Shown: positions 61,401-64,000 of the stretch, piece after piece
Position numbering within the stretch: the first letter of the stretch is position 1
Layout of the letters: each line of letters begins with the position of its first letter
NCBI GenBank assembly: GCA_963693365.1
Contig: CAVNZM010000009.1
Location: 8,103,408 to 8,167,407 of the forward strand
DNA: 64,000 nucleotides
From: Amoebidium appalachense
Taxonomy: Eukaryota > Protista > Ichthyosporea
Direction of reading: 5' to 3'
The notes under the pieces: generated by a model
Seen by the model: the letters and a program-made list of their open reading frames with translations, nothing else
What the model was told of the DNA's origin: nothing
Database searches by the model: none
Position numbers and translations under genes: made by a program

Positions 61401-61757
61401 ACCCCCACCCGGGCCCTTCTTTAAGAAAGACAAAAGAGAGAGCTGAAAGAGCCCAATTGGTGTAAAGCCTTGGGGGGATGGGAGGAAACATTGCCATCAC
61501 AACAAAAAAAAGGAAGAACGAACAAAATAAAAAACAAAACATTTGAAGCCAAAAAAAAACAAAACAAAAAAAAAAAAAAGACAGAAAAAAGGAAGAAGAA
61601 GAAGATGGGGAAAACCGGGAGAGAAGGGAAAAATCTTTGTTATCACCACCATGGCACCAGCTACAGGTCACTACCACCACCAGCCACCCGGTAGTACCGT
61701 ACCTACCCAATCCCCTGTCATCCCCCCCCTCCCCCCCCCCCTCCCCCCCCCCCCCCT

Positions 61758-61796
<39 letters not shown>

Positions 61797-62772
61797 AAAA
61801 AAAAAAAAAAAAACACACGCACACACGCTCCCAACTCCACCCACGCCAGTACCACCACCAACCTGAGCCTTAAATTTGCCGATCAGTCATTCATGACACA
61901 TTATGAACATAGTGGCTTTCATATAGTACGTAGATATACTAAGATAAGGGCCTGCTGGAAGACAAGACACGGCGATAATCAAACACCGATAGCACTGACT
62001 TTCCCGACTACCTCGTTGTGTCTATGACAAGTGTACGTACACTATATGTCCACTCTTAGCCGTGTATGATGCCCCAATTTACATAACTTAGATGGCCCAC
62101 AATAAAGAGCTGTTATATCACATTCAAGCGTCGGGCCCCTACCTTATCGGTATTTGTGCACGTCGGGCATGTGTGTTGTTTGAAGTAGAAATGACTTTGT
62201 AATTCTGAGCCGCAAAGAGACCTAGAATTGTGCTATGTAATTGGCTGCAAATCATGCACATTCGAAGTTTTGTCGAAGATTGACGGCAAACAATGTGTGT
62301 GGTGTCTGTGGTGGCTGTGCAGTACAGCATCGATTTGAATTTAAGAGTATATTTGTAGTCAATCTGCTATTTAATGTAAAAGTTTATATTGTGTGCATAA
62401 GGAAATTTGAAATCGGTTTGTAAATGGGTAACCGGGGCAGACTAGGAAGATAAGGGGCCCATTCCCCCCCACGTATTCGGAATATATCACGGAACTGAGT
62501 CACTGCTTTCGTGTGTGCTTTGCCCAGTACTTTTCCGCACGGGGTATTCAAAGTCTTAACATGGGCGTGCATGTGCATACAAACATGTGTGCCTGGTTAT
62601 CGTATACTTCGTGCGTATGTAGGGTCAGTCCGTGTGCTTAAGCACACGTGTGTGCTTGTGTGTACTCGTGCCTGAGTGTCCGTTTTGCAGAAGATCGCCT
62701 AAGTAATTGCCTGTGCAGTCATAAACAGTGCACAAAGCATATGTGCTCTAGCCAAGTATGTGTTGCCTGCGC

Positions 62773-62816
<44 letters not shown>

Positions 62817-63742
62817 ACGTGTGTTGCGCGCACGTGCGCCAGTGTGTGCGTGTGTGTGCGTGCGTGTGTGTGTTAGTGTGCGTGTGTGTGTGTGAGAGTG
62901 TGTGTGCATGGGTGTGTGTGGGCGTGTGCGTGTGAGCGTGCATGTGTGTGCCTTTGGGAGTGTGTTCAGCAGTTGCTTTTTTCAACAAAAGGCTGTTCAC
63001 GAACGGGCTGGCAGGGTAGCTGTGCCGCGCTGCGCACACCCTCGCGTGTGTTTGAACCTGTTTGTGTATTCGATGGGGAGAAGGTGGGGGGGTGTGTGAT
63101 GGGGGGGAGGGAGGAAGGGGGAGGGGGGGGGGGGGAGGGGGGAGGGGATGCTCCTGGAGGGGGTGGCACGGTGGGTACACAAAAAAGATAAAGGCGTGGG
63201 CCTGTGCACGTGTCACGCTTGAGTGTGTGTCTCTGATGTGCTTGCAGGTGAATTTGTGCGTGGGTGCGTGCGCGCGTGCGCGCGTGCGTGAGCTTGTGTG
63301 CTTTTGTGTATTAGGTGTGTAAACGTGTGTGTCACTGTGGCACGGTGTGTATGCCTGTGTGTGTGTATGTTGTAGATGGGGAAGTAGATGACGCGGAGTG
63401 GTAGTTTAATAATAATACTCGGGCTTGTATACCATGTATTTATAGTTAGGTGAATGTATAAACCGTGTACAGGCAGTGTGAATAGAACCAGTGAGCTTAC
63501 AAGGGTGCTCTGCCAACGTTAGTTACACCAAAATGAACGGTGACCTAAGGAGCGCATCATTCATTAGCTAAGCGTTGGTCTAGAATGTAAAAATACACAC
63601 TAGCGGACTTAGTCCCTGCCTTAGGCGTCCCAAGTAGCTATACGCGAACTGGTTCGAGCCGGTGTATGGCTATATGTTATAGTGGACACTGTGATCAATG
63701 GTATACGGTAATCGGTGAAGTGAGGTTTTCGATGGTCACACA

Positions 63743-63796
<54 letters not shown>

Positions 63797-63847
63797 CGTG
63801 CGTGCGTGTGTGTGTGTGTGTGTGCGTGTGTGTGCGGTCGTGCGTGC

Positions 63848-63898
<51 letters not shown>

Positions 63899-64000
63899 TG
63901 TGAACTTCGGTGCGTGCACCTGACATTGTGCGTGTCTGGAGTGTGCGTGTGTACGCTTTTGTGCTTCATGTGCCAAGGTGGGCATACATGTGTGTGTGTG

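Overview
Eukaryotic genomic DNA with GT-AG spliceosomal introns and the standard genetic code. Introns and intergenic space are saturated with poly-G/poly-C homopolymers and (CA/TG)n, (GGGA)n, (CT)n and (CGCA)n microsatellites, so nearly all entries in the ORF track are repeat artefacts. Real genes were reconstructed by hand from exon islands and splice phases. (1) A ~26 kb minus-strand gene with more than 20 exons (ATG 26868) encodes a dynamin-superfamily, SLIP-GC/NUGGC-like GTPase. It appears to carry an N-terminal chromo/chromo-shadow-like domain and a HARE-HTH-like winged helix, and shows several possible lesions. (2) A 2-exon orphan protein gene (28624-29818, minus). (3) A complete 13-exon cryptochrome-DASH gene (35949-44256, plus) with an intronic tRNA-Glu(CTC) and one GC-AG intron. 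(4) An 8-exon ankyrin-repeat gene with a mitochondrial-presequence-like N-terminus (46533-52344, minus). (5) An intronless BTG/Tob gene (57643-58089, plus). The best candidate for something new is the chromatin-reader plus dynamin-like GTPase fusion. A second theme is the intron architecture: repeats replace the polypyrimidine tract at several acceptors, and tandem duplications repeatedly copy splice sites. Domain calls are by-eye motif recognition, not database searches. The organism cannot be identified from this window.
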